Source: Malacoraja senta | Lineage: Eukaryota | Reading direction: 5' to 3' | Length of the DNA stretch: 64,000 nt | NCBI GenBank assembly: GCA_038087875.1 | Contig: JAXLNO010000320.1 | Span: forward strand, 124,001 to 188,000 | Shown: positions 24,601 to 36,600 of the stretch, one piece after another | Layout: the number at the start of each line of letters is the position of its first letter | Position numbering within the stretch: the stretch's first letter is position 1 | Program-made: the position numbers and the translations under genes | Notes under the pieces: model-generated | What the model saw: the letters and a program-made list of their open reading frames with translations, nothing else | What the model was told of the DNA's origin: nothing | Database searches by the model: none

Positions 24601-27600
24601 ACACCTAAAAGCCAACTAATCGAAAGGCTGCGTCGCCTAAAAGCAAACTCACCAAATGGCCACTCTGCCGAAATGCCACCTACCCGAAAGGCGTCGTCGC
24701 CTACAAGCCAACGGACCGAATAACGCTCAACTGAAAAGTCAAATAACAGACATGACATTGCCGGGGGGGCGGGACTTGTCAGCGATTGGTCCAGAGCCCC
24801 GTGTCCATCACATCACTGTGGAGGGATGAACATTGTCCCACACCTCCGCTCCACCCGACCCCTTAGGCCTCAAACCCTTCAACCCGTTAAATACTGGTCT
24901 TCAGCATCTACTCGCTTCGTGCTGGTTCTCGATGCTGATCTTTAAAGTGTCGTCTTTCCAATCGCACTCTCAGCATCGATTCAGTACTTCCCCTCTTAGT
25001 ACTGACCTTCTCAGTCCTTGTCTTTGAGGATATCTCGCAATTTATATCCCAGTCTGAGTGGGGGCTCAAACCCCAGTGTCTACCAACCTTCGCGTCTCGT
25101 GCCAGTTTCAGTGGAATCCTGATTGCAACAGCTGTCGCCTTACCAATGGTGTGGGGCCTTTAACCCACTAGAGAAGAGTCTTTTGAGCCCAATTGCCACC
25201 CTCCGGGCCACAAACCCCCCAGGCGGGGACTCAAACCCTCGCCTTCAGTGCTCGCCAGACTACTAATCTTCTATTGATCTCATCGGGAATCCAAACACAA
25301 GCACGCGAATAGGGGGCGCCGTCCTGTATGGTATGGCTGCCCAGCCTGCAGCTGTCCGTTTTTTTCACCTTTTTATTATTTTTTAATTTTTAATTTTTAG
25401 TGAGTTTTAGTGTTTTGTTTCTGGAGTTTTGGTCTTTTTTATGTGGGGGGGGGAAGGGGGACACTGCTTTTCAGGGTCCCTACCTGGTCGGAGAGGCGGC
25501 TTTTCTCCAGACAGCACCTTCGCGGAACTCGCGGCCTACCACCGGGCCTGGAGCGGCGTTTCCTGTCGGGACCACCGGCCAGAACCTCGGCTTCGGCGGC
25601 AGCACAGCACTGGAGCACTATCGCGGAACGGGCGATGCCTTGCCCGGGTCGCCACGCTGGAACTCCGGTGAGCTGAGACCGAGAAAAACATCGCAGAGCT
25701 GCGGGTCTGTGAAGCGGCCAGCTGCGCTGAACTTTACATTGGGAGCCTGGGAACTCTCGCCGAGATCGCCAGTGGTGGAGCTCCATCCAGCGCGGCCTGC
25801 CGGCTTCGGAAGCCGCGGTCTCCGGTAAGGAAGCGGCCGTTCCAGGTTTCCCATGCCGCTGTGAGGATCCTCCCGACGCCGGAGCACCATCATCCGGCGA
25901 GAAGGGCCTGGAACATTGGGCCTCCGTAAAGGCGACTGCGGAGGCCATAATAGGCCCGACTATGGGTGGACATGGGATGGGGACTGGACATTGTGCCTTC
26001 CCTCATAATGGGAACCATTGTGGGGGGATGTTTTTTTATGTTTAAATCTCGTTATTATTGTTATGTCTGTATTCTTTTTTTATGTGCTGCATTGACAATA
26101 AGCATTTCACTACACCTATGGTGTATGTGACTAATAAATAACCTTTGAATGACCGATTCATCGTCAGACTAGCGGAGCGGGGAAAACTGATGCGAATGTC
26201 ACACCGTGGCGCTGATTTCTCCTTCCGCAATCCGACACGACTCGATTCCCTGACCGCAAACGAGCCCCCAATGTAATTCCGGTCCTAAACTTACCCCCCT
26301 TAGTATGGTTCAGTCAAACACCGAATACGAGCACTGGAAATCACTCTTTTATTACACAATACCAATACAATACTTAATCCCATACCGCGGGTCCGATCCT
26401 TGTTTCTACTTACTCAAGCCCAACAGCTTCACGCAAATAGAACACATACCCCAGAAGATCGGCACACCCCAATGTGCTCCCCACTCTTTTATACCTTTAT
26501 AGACCCTTGGCGTGAAAATACATGGGGGGGGGGGGGGGGGGCGACGCCCACAAGCCAATTATCGATAAGGGCTGCAGAATACATTGAATGACAGTTCCCT
26601 AACCCAATCATAAAATATCACATAACATATTTTCAACACAAAGCACTTAGGGGGAAACACTTCTGTTAGGTAAAGAAACATTCTCCCAGGTAAAGTAAAC
26701 ATCTTGGGTGAGGGCCCTCTCCTGGACCAATCATCATTAGCGGCGGGAAGACTCTGCAACATTATTGTAACCCATCATTTCCCCAACCAATCCCAAGCAT
26801 GCATTTGCAACAGGACCTAGCTCCTGCAAAATCTCATACATATTAACAATTAAAGGCCATCTGGACATCAACCTCTATTCAACCCCTTCCCAGGCCACAG
26901 ACTTTCTGGAGCCATGATCCTCATAGTCTTACAGCTTTTGCAAAAGATGTCAAGCAGGTTTTACAGAAGCAGAAATCCTCCATTTTGTCATGTACCCAAA
27001 ATGCCTGATATTATCACTTTTACTAAGTATGTGGAAAACCTTCTTTAGTAGATCAATCCTTATTAGTACAAATATCTTGAAGCTCTGACACAACATTAGT
27101 AACACGTTACCAAAAGGGCAAAGATAATGACATTTGAGACTAAATTTCTCGATAATCAGAGTATAGTAGCGGGCAATATATCTTATTTAAATAACATGAT
27201 GCTACAAGCTTTGACCATTTTCCATGTGTACATACAGTGCTGCATGAATCACATGTAAAAAACAGCATGTCATTCGATGTGAATTTAGTTGTGATTTGCT
27301 GGCAGGATATCTTCAAACAAGCAACAGAAGACCGGTTGACCAGTGCAAGTGAGTTGCCTTATTTCGAGGGTGATTTTTGGCCCAATGTTCTTGAAGAAAG
27401 CATAAAAGAGTTGGAACAGGAAGAAGAGGAACGAAAGAGAGAGGAAAATAGCATTCCCAGTGAAATTCCAGAGGTGAGTGTTGTGAAGTGGCTGCGATGG
27501 CAGTCACAGACATTAAATGTACTGAATGTGTGCTTTAACGCTTCGATTACGGCCTCTGAAGCAGAAAGGGTTGCACTTTACAAACTTTCATAAATTGCTT

Positions 27601-30600
27601 TGAGATAGAACAACACTTATAATACAAGAGTTATCATGGGTGACTTTAATCTACATATACATTGGGCCAACCAAATTGGTAGCAGCGCTGAGGAGGAGGA
27701 TTTCCTGGAATGTATACGGGATGATTTTTTAAACCAATATGTACCAATAAACGACTAGAGGACAGGCCATCCTAGACTGGGTATTGTGTAATGAGGAAAG
27801 ATTAGTTAGCGATCTTGTTGTGTAAAGCCCCTTGGGCAACAGTGACCATAATATGGTGCAATTCTGCATTAGGATGGAAAGTGATACAGTTAATTCAGAG
27901 ACTCGTGTCTTGAACTTAAAGAAAGGAGACTTTCAAGGTATGAGACGGGAATTGGCTAGGATAGACTGGCAAATTATACTTAAAGGGTTGACGGTGGAGA
28001 TGCAACGGCAAAGATTTAAAGACAGCATGGATGAACTCCAAATATTGTTCATCCCTGACTGGCGAAAAAATTAAACGGGGAAGGCGGCACAACCGTGGCT
28101 AACGAGGGAAATCAAGGATAGTGTTAAATCCAAGGAAAAGGCATATAAATTGGCCCGAGGAAGCAGCAACGGAGGACTGGGAGACATTTAGAACTCAACA
28201 TAGGACAAAGAGGTTAATTAAGAGGGGGGAAAATGAGCATGAAAGAAAGCTTGCGGGGAATATAAAAGCTGACTATAAAAGCATCTTTAGATAAGTAAAA
28301 AGGAATAGATTAGTGAAGACAAATGTAGGTCCCTTACAATCAGAGACAGGTGGAATTTATAATGGGAAACAAGGAATTGACAGAACAGTTAAACAAGCAC
28401 TTTGTTTATGTCTTCCTTAGTGAAGACAGAACCAATCTCCCAGAAATACTAGGGGACCGAGAATCTCGAGGGAGGAACTGAAGTGAATCCACATGAGTCA
28501 GGAAATGGTGTAAGGTAAACTGTTGGGACTGAAGGCAGATAAATCCCCAGGGCCTGATGATCTGCATCCCAGAGTACTCAAGGAGGTGACCCTAGGAATC
28601 GTGGATGCATTGGTGATCATTTTCCAATGTTCTCTCGACTGGATCAGTTCCTGTGGACTGGAGGGTAGCCAATGTAACCCCACTTTTTAAGAAAGGAGGG
28701 AGAGAGTAAACGGGGAATTATAGACCAGTTAGCCTTACATCGGTGGTGGGGAAGATGCTTGAGTCGATTATTAAAGATGTTACAGATGCGTATTTGGAAA
28801 GCAGTGACAAAGTCAACGGATTTATGAAGGAGAAATCATGCTTAAATAATCAGGAATTTATTGAGGATGTAACATGTAGAATGGATATGGGAGAGCCAGT
28901 GGATGTGGAGTATCTGGAGTTTCAAAAAGCCTTTGATAAGGTCCCACACAAGAGATTAGTGTGCAAAATTTAAAGCGCATGGTATTGGGGGTAGGGTGTT
29001 GACATGGATAGAGAACTGGTTGCAGACAGGAAGCAAAGAGTAAGAATTAACGGGTCCTTTTCAGAATGGCATGCATTGACTAGTGGGGTGCCGCAAGGCT
29101 CGGTGCTGGGACCCCAGTTATTTACAATATATATTAACAATTTAGATGAGGGAATTAAATGTGACATCTCCAAGTTTGCAGAGAACACGGAGCTGGGTGA
29201 CGGTGTGAGCTGTGATGAGGATGCTATGAGGCCGCAGGGTGACTTGGATTAGTTGGGTAAATGGGCAGATGCTGTATAATGTGGATAAATGTGAAGTTAT
29301 CCACTTTGGTGGCAAGAACAGGAAGACAGATTATTATCTGAATCAGATTAGGAAAAGGGGAAGTGCAACGAGACCTGGGTGTGCTTGTCTGTCAGTCACT
29401 GAAAGTAAGCATGCAGGTACAGCAGACAGTGAAGAAAGCTAATGGCATGTTGGCCTTCATTGCGAGAGGATTTGAGTTTAGGAGCAAGGAGGTCCTACTG
29501 CAGTTGTACAGGAACCACAATGTCGGTGTCAAACATGATGCCAAGTTAAACTACTCTCTGCCTGCTTGTGACCCATACCGCTGCATATTCACATGCCTAT
29601 GCAAAGCACTGTTTGGAGATTTTCACATCTAACTCCAACTCGAACACTGGCAGCGTATTCCAGGCGCCACGTCTCTGTAAAAATAAAACTTCCCCTGCAC
29701 ACCGCTGTTAAACTTGGACCCTCTTACCTTAAACCTATACCCTCTAGTCTGACATTTTACCCTGGGTACCCAGACGTTTCTACCCCAGGTTCTGACTGGT
29801 TACCCTATCTATGCCTCTCTTATACTTCTATCATGTCACCCTTCAGCCTCTGAGGCTCCAGAGAAAACAATTCAAGTTTGTCCAACCTCTAATAGCCTCT
29901 AAAATACATGCAGCATTCTGGTAAATGTCTTCTGCACCCTCTCCAAAGCTTTCACGTTCTCCCTGTAATAGGGCGACCAGAATTGCACGCAATACTACTA
30001 ATGCAGCCTAACCAAAGTACTATAAAGCTGCAACATGCCTTCCTACCTCTCATACCCAACGGATTACAGTTTAATGTTTTATTATTAATGTTTTATGTGT
30101 CATTCTTAATTGTTATTGTATGTCGTGTTGTTACTTGCGAGCGGAGCACCAAGGCAAATTCCTTGTATGTGTACATAGTTGGCCAATAAACTTATTTATT
30201 CATTCAGTATACTTGTCTTCATCCGTCGGGTATGAGAAATAGGAAGGCATGTTGCAGCTTTATAGTACTCTGGCTTTGACGGTCCGGAGTCGCCTTCCAG
30301 AGGGAAGTGCTTCAAAGAGTTTGTGGCCAGAGTGAGGGGTCAGAGATGATCTTACCCGCTCGCTTCCTGGCCCTTTCAGTGTACAGTTCGTCATGGGGGA
30401 AGGTTGCAGCCAACAACTTTCTCAGCTGATCGGACGATTCGCTGCATCCTCTGGATGTCGTGCTTGGTGGCTGAGCCAAACTAGACCATGATGGAGAAGG
30501 TGAGAACAGACTCTACGATGGCAGTATAGAATTGGACCATCGTTGCCTGTGGCAGATTGTGCTTCTTCAGCTGCCGCAGGAAGTACATCCTCTGTTGGGT

Positions 30601-33600
30601 CTTTTTAACTGTGGAGTCGATGGAGGCCCCCCATTTCAGGTCCTTGGAGATGATGGTTCCAAGGAACTTAAAAGATTCGACAGATGTGACTGTGGTGTTG
30701 TTGATGGTGAGTGGTGGGCGGGGGGGGGGGGGGGGGAGGGGGAGCTATCCTAAAGTGTACTATCAATTCCACTGTCTTAAGAGCATTGAGCTCCAGGTTG
30801 TTACGAAGGCACCAGGACACCAGCTGTGTCACTTCCTGTCTGTAGGCAGATTCCTCCCCATCCTGGATCAGTCCAATAAGGGTTGTGTCGTCCGCAAATT
30901 TGAGAAGCTTGACAGAGGAGTCTGTGGAGGTGCAGTCATTGTTGTAGAGAGAGTACAGTAAAGGGGAGAGTACGCAGCCTTGTGGTGCTATGCTGAGAGT
31001 CTACGGGTCCGAGATGTGCTTTCCCAGCCTCACATGCTGCTTCCTGTCTGTCAGGAAGTTGGTGACCCACTGACAGTGGGGTTCAGGCACAGTCAACTGG
31101 GAGAGTTTAGAGTGTAATAGCTCTGGCACAATGATGTTGAATGCAGAGCTAAAATCCACAAAAAAATCCTTGCGTATGTCCCCTGGCGGTCTAGGTGCTG
31201 GAGGATGAAGTGCAGGCCCAGGTTGACTGCATCATCCACTGATCTATTGCCCTGGTATGCAAACTGCAGAGGGTCCTGCAGGGGGTTTGTAATATTTTTC
31301 AGCTTGGCCAGCACGTCTTTCAAGGGTCTTCATGACTACAAAGGTCAGTGTGACAGGTTGTACTCATTAAGACCAGTAATCCTTGTCTTTTTGAATACAG
31401 GGACAATAGTGGAGACTTTGAAGCAGGCAGGGACAGTACCGGTTTGCAGGGACTGGATAAGAATGCCTGTGTAGACCGGTGCCAGTTATTCAGCACCGAG
31501 CTTGAGGGTAGAGGGGGAAACATTGTCGGGTCCTGAAGATTTCCGGCTTTTCTGTCTTCTGAACACCCTCTCCTCCTCCTCAATTTCTATTGTTAGTGAT
31601 GGAGAAGTGGCCTGACTGATGTTGGGCAGCAAGGAGGGGGCGGGTAGTGGACGATGGCCCAGTCTTTGCAGACTGGAGTCAGGCTGTAAGTGGTGATTGG
31701 AGAGGGGTGGGTGGGGAAGGGTCCAGTCTTTGCAAACTGGATTCAGGCTGTGAGTTGGTGTGAAGTGTTGGTTGAGGAGGGGGTACCAGGGTTAAGTTTC
31801 TGCTTATCTAACCTGCAGTAGAAATCGTTCAGGTCGTTGGTCAGCTGATGATTGTCCAAGGAGCAGGTGCTTTCCTCTTGTAGCTTGTGATTTTTTGCAA
31901 GCCCTTCCAAACTGAAGAAGAGTCACTAGCTGAGAACTTGCTCCTCAACTTCTCAGAGTACCATTCCTTGGCAGCTCTGATTCTTCTTCTCAGCTTGTAC
32001 TTGGCCTGCCTGTAGAGGTCTGCATCCCCGCTCCTGTAGGCCTCCTCTAGCGGAGCTGTCTGAGTTCTGCTGTAAACCAGGGCTTGTCGTTGATGAACCA
32101 GATCCGGGTTCTCGTGGGAATGCAACTGTCCTCACAAAAGCTGACATATGATGTCACAGTGTCTGTACACTCATCGAGGCTTGTGGTTGCTTCACTGAAC
32201 ACATTCCAATCAGTGCAGTCAAAGCAGGACTGTAGGTTTTCAATGCCCTCGCTTGTCCACCTTTTCATTGTTCTGACCACAGGCTTAGCAGATTTTAGTT
32301 TCTGCCTGTAGGTCGGGAATAAGGTGAACTAAACAATGATCAGAGAGACCCAGAGCCACCTGGGGAACAGAGCGATGTGCGTTCTTGATTGAAGTGTAAC
32401 AGTGATCGAGTGTTCTCTCCCCTCTGGTGGGGCAGTTAACTTGAAGTTTGTACTTTGGAAGGTCTTGGCTGAGGTTAGCTTTGTTAAAGTCCCCCAAAAC
32501 AATGACCATGGAGTCCGGGAAGTCACTCTCTACCCTCATGACCTGGTCAGCGAGTTGCATTTGCGCCTCACGTACGCGGGCTTGGGGGAGGATGTAAACT
32601 CCAACGAGAATAAAAGAGGTAAATTCCCTCGGAGAATAAAAAGGTTTGCAGTTTATAAAGAAGGATTCTAGATTGGGAGAACAGAAGTTAGACAGTACCG
32701 TGATGTCGCTGCACCAATCCTGGTTAGTATAGAAGCATATTCCATTGCCTTTTGATTTTCCCGCTGCCTCTGCTTCGCAGTGTAGTTGAAAGCCAGCCAG
32801 TTGCAGCGCATTGTCCGGTGTCGAAAACATAGCCAGGTCTCGGAGAAGCACGGAAGCAGCTCGAGAGAAGTCCTTGTTTGTTTGGCACAGGAGTTGCAGT
32901 TCGTCCACTTTGTTGTTGAGAGAACGTAGATTTGCAAGGAATATACTCGGGGTCAGTGTGCGTAATCCTCGTCGCCGGAGTCGGGTGAGTGCTCCAGAGC
33001 ACTTCCCACGTGTCCTCCTCCATCTCTAGACCTTGAACACAGCCACAGCCCTGCCGATGAGTATGTCCAAATAATCCAGCGAGTGAGATAAACCCGAACG
33101 ATGTTTGGAGGTACCGTATGTCTGATGTTAATGAGTACCTCCCTTGTGAAAGTGATCTTTGTGGGGTTTTCACAGACGACACAAACGAACAAACACATAC
33201 AAAACAGCAAGGAGCAGTTCACGGTAGCAGCCATCGTCAGCGCCAGCCACCCTCTTTACCAATCTATCTACTTGTGTTGCCACATTCAGGGAGTGGTGGA
33301 CTTGGATCCGCAAGATCCCTCTGTTACAATGTTTAAGAAGGAACTGCAGATGCTGGAAAATCGAAGGTAGACAAAAATGCTGGAGAAACTCAGTGGGTGA
33401 GGCAGCATCTATGGAGCGAAGGAAATAGGCAACGTTTTGGGCCAAAACCCTTCTTCAGACTGATGTAGGGTGGGTGGTGGGGGAGGGGGGGTGCGGGAAG
33501 AAGAAAGGAAGAGGGGGAGCCAGAGGGCTGAGGGAGAGCTGAGAAGGGGAGGAGACAGTAAGGGCTACTTGAAATTGGAGAAGTCAATGTTCATGCCGCT

Positions 33601-36600
33601 GGGGTACAAACTACCCAAACGAAATATGAGGTGCTGCTCCTCCAATTTCCGGTGGTCCTCACTCTGGCCATGGAGGAGGCCCAGGACAGAAAGATCGGAA
33701 TGGGAGGGGGAGTTGAAGTGCTGAGCCACCGGGAGATCAGGTTGGTTATTGCGGACCGGGCGGAGGTGTTCGGCGAAGAGATCGCCAAGCCTACACTTGG
33801 TCTCACCGATGTAGATCAGCTGACATCTAGAGCAGTGGATGCAATAGATGAGGTTGGAGGAGGTGCAGGTGAACCTCTGTCGCACCTGGAACGACTGCTT
33901 GGGTCCTTGAATGGAGTCAAGGGGGGAGGTAAAACGACAAGTGTAGCATTTCTTGCGGTTGCAAGGGAAAGTGCCCGGGGAGGGGGTGGTTTGGGTGGAA
34001 AGGGACGAATTGACCAGGGAGTCCTCTGTTACAATATTCTGTTCAAGTGCAACCCCTTGGCTTGGTGCAAGATCATGTGGATTAATACAGAAAGAGTAAA
34101 TCCATATTCCTTCACAGAGGTGTTTATAAATATGCAGAATTCCAGCATGATTACCTTTTGATTATATACACCTGGCAGCAAAGTTGTGAGAAGTTGGGTA
34201 AAATATTTTATGTTCCATAGAAAGTAACCGTAAAAAGTATGAGGAAGGGTCCTGACCCGAAACATCACCTATCCATTTCCTCCAGAGATGCTGCCTGGCC
34301 TGCAGAGTGATTCCAGCAGTTTGTACTTTAATCTTTAAAAAGACTACTGTGAAGTCATTTAAGTGCCCTCTTATATATATATTCCAGGGGAAGAAAGGAG
34401 ACAGCAAAAATGCAAAGAAAAAGAACAATAAGAAAACTAATAAGAATAAGAGCAGCATCTGTCGAGCTAACAAGAAAAAGCCTGGGATGCCGAACGTGGC
34501 TAATGACCTGTCACAGAAGCTGTATGCCACGATGGAAAAGCATAAAGAGGTACTGTCTGCATGCGATTTGAACTCCGCCACCCTGAGCAATGCTTTGTTT
34601 TCACATCATGCTCTACTCAAACATATCTGCTGAATATTAAGAAAGCTAGTAGTCACTGGGGTGAAGGAGGTAGAAGGGCCGCACTCCTGTCTAGTCAAAA
34701 GTGTTTTATTGTCATATGTTCCAAAATAGAATCATGAAATTCTTACATGCAGCAGCACAAGAGGTATGTGTACATAGTACTCAGTAGACACTATAATAAA
34801 CAACAAGAAGTTCGATATATAAAAATAAAGAAGCAATACAATGCTTGAATACAAGCAATACAATATAAATACAATGGCCCCCAAGTCCCTAGTACAACCA
34901 AGTCCATCAAATTCCCTTGTAATTGTACTTGTGGTCGAATTGATCTGCAGTGAAATACATCCCCAGTTTGCTCGTGTCCAGTTTCAGTACGTGGAGTGGA
35001 GTGGAGTGGAGTAAGAACCTCTTGAGGCTGCAAAAAGAGATACATCCCAGATGTAGGGAGTGGACATCTCGGAGGGAAATCATCACCAGTAGAACTCCAG
35101 AAAACCTTTATAAGGTGGAAAATCTTATCATATCAGATCTCAGGTTTATGGAAAATCCTACTTAATGCTATTATATCTCATTCCGTTGATATCTCATCAG
35201 TTAATGCTTAATCCTTGCAGAACTGCTGCAGCTTTGTTTATTACTGCAGAGGTAGCCACTGCTGCGTTTCCAGCAGCCAAGGTTTTGGAGTGTTGTGCGA
35301 GAAAGAGAGAGAGAGAGATAAAAGATTATCTGGCAGAGAGGACAGAATTGTCTCATCCTCTGCTAAATTAATGTTAGTGCTTCAAAGGCAAACTCGAAAT
35401 TTTTTTGTAGAAACAAGGAACTGCAGTGCTGGTTTACAAAAGAAGACACAGAGTGCTGGAGTTGCTCAGTGAGTCAGGCAGCATCTCTGAAGAAAGGTAA
35501 TAATTATGGACTATTATAATTCTTATAATTATGGGGCTACCCCCCACCCATACAATAGTCCTCATGCCCCCCTCCTCTCTGAACACTCACTATCCCCCCA
35601 CCAGACATCGCCTCGGCCTCCATCTACACACCTGCCCTCCTCCTACCCCAAACTCCACCCTTGTCGCGTCTTCACCATCCCCCTTTGACCTCCCCCTTTA
35701 TGATACGGAACTGTCTGTCCTCAGCAGAGGCTTCACCTTTGTTCCCCTCCGACCCAACCTCAACGCGTTCCGGGTCCGCCACGATGTAGGGCTTTTCTTC
35801 CGCCGCCTCCGCCTCCATGCGCTTTTCCATGGGAAGGAGTCCTCACCACCCAGCGACGACCCCTTCTCCCATCTCCACCGGTCCCCCTCCTCTTGGACTC
35901 GCCCGGATGACCCTCTACCCTCTCAAGACCTTTTTATTTCCAACTTCCGATGTGAAATCATCCATCTCAACTTTTCCACTCCCCTTATTTACTCTAACCT
36001 CTCCCCCTCTGAACGTACAGCCCTCCGCTCACTCTGCAGCACACTGACATTATAATCAAACCCGCCGACAAGAGAGGTGCCGTGATAGTCTGGCGCGCTG
36101 ACCTCTACCGGGCTGAGACCAGGCGACAACTCTCAGACACCTCCTCCTACGTATCCTTGGACCATGATCTCTCAGACGAGCACCAGGCCTTAATATCACA
36201 CACCATTTCTGATTTCATTACTGGCTGTCCTCAAAAGCCTCCAACCTTGTTGTTCCCCAGCCCCGCACGGCCCGATTTTATCTTCTCCCCAAAATCAACA
36301 AACAGAACTGCCCTGGCAGACCCATTGTTTCTGCTTGTTCATTAATTAATTTCCACATACCTTGACTCCATCCCATCCCCCCGGTCCAATCCCTCCCTAC
36401 CTATGTCCAAGACATCTCATGCATCCTTTCTTCCCTTCAATGACTTCAGCTTTCAGGCCCCCACTATCTCATCTTTACTATGCAGTCACTCTACACCTCC
36501 ATCCCCCCCAGTAAGGTCTTAAAGCCCTCCATTTCTTCTATCTAGACTACACTTCTTCTCACCCTGCTTCCTGAAAAAACTCTATCCCCTACACCCAATT

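Larger units (their letters stand above)
18815..27016 (-). mobile_element. Endogenous retrovirus, class I (gamma/epsilon-like), defective, env-less, antisense in CREBBP intron
   Basis: Paired LTRs; PBS TGGGGGCTCGT; PPT; 4-bp TSD cttc/cttt; gag CCHC knuckle [14 protein letters not shown] (~24128-24171); protease VDTGAS; RT LPQGF/YVDDLL; RNase [13 protein letters not shown]; integrase remnants. Confidence 0.93.

Noticed and set aside
24548..24738. 32-bp periodic array as a CRISPR array
   Set aside because: Units are contiguous degenerate tandem repeats with no unique spacers; eukaryotic context and no cas genes.
25400..25948. Overlapping ORFs (also 18773-19413 and 9161-9774) as genes
   Set aside because: Stop-poor GC-rich repeat interiors without recognisable domains or splice logic.
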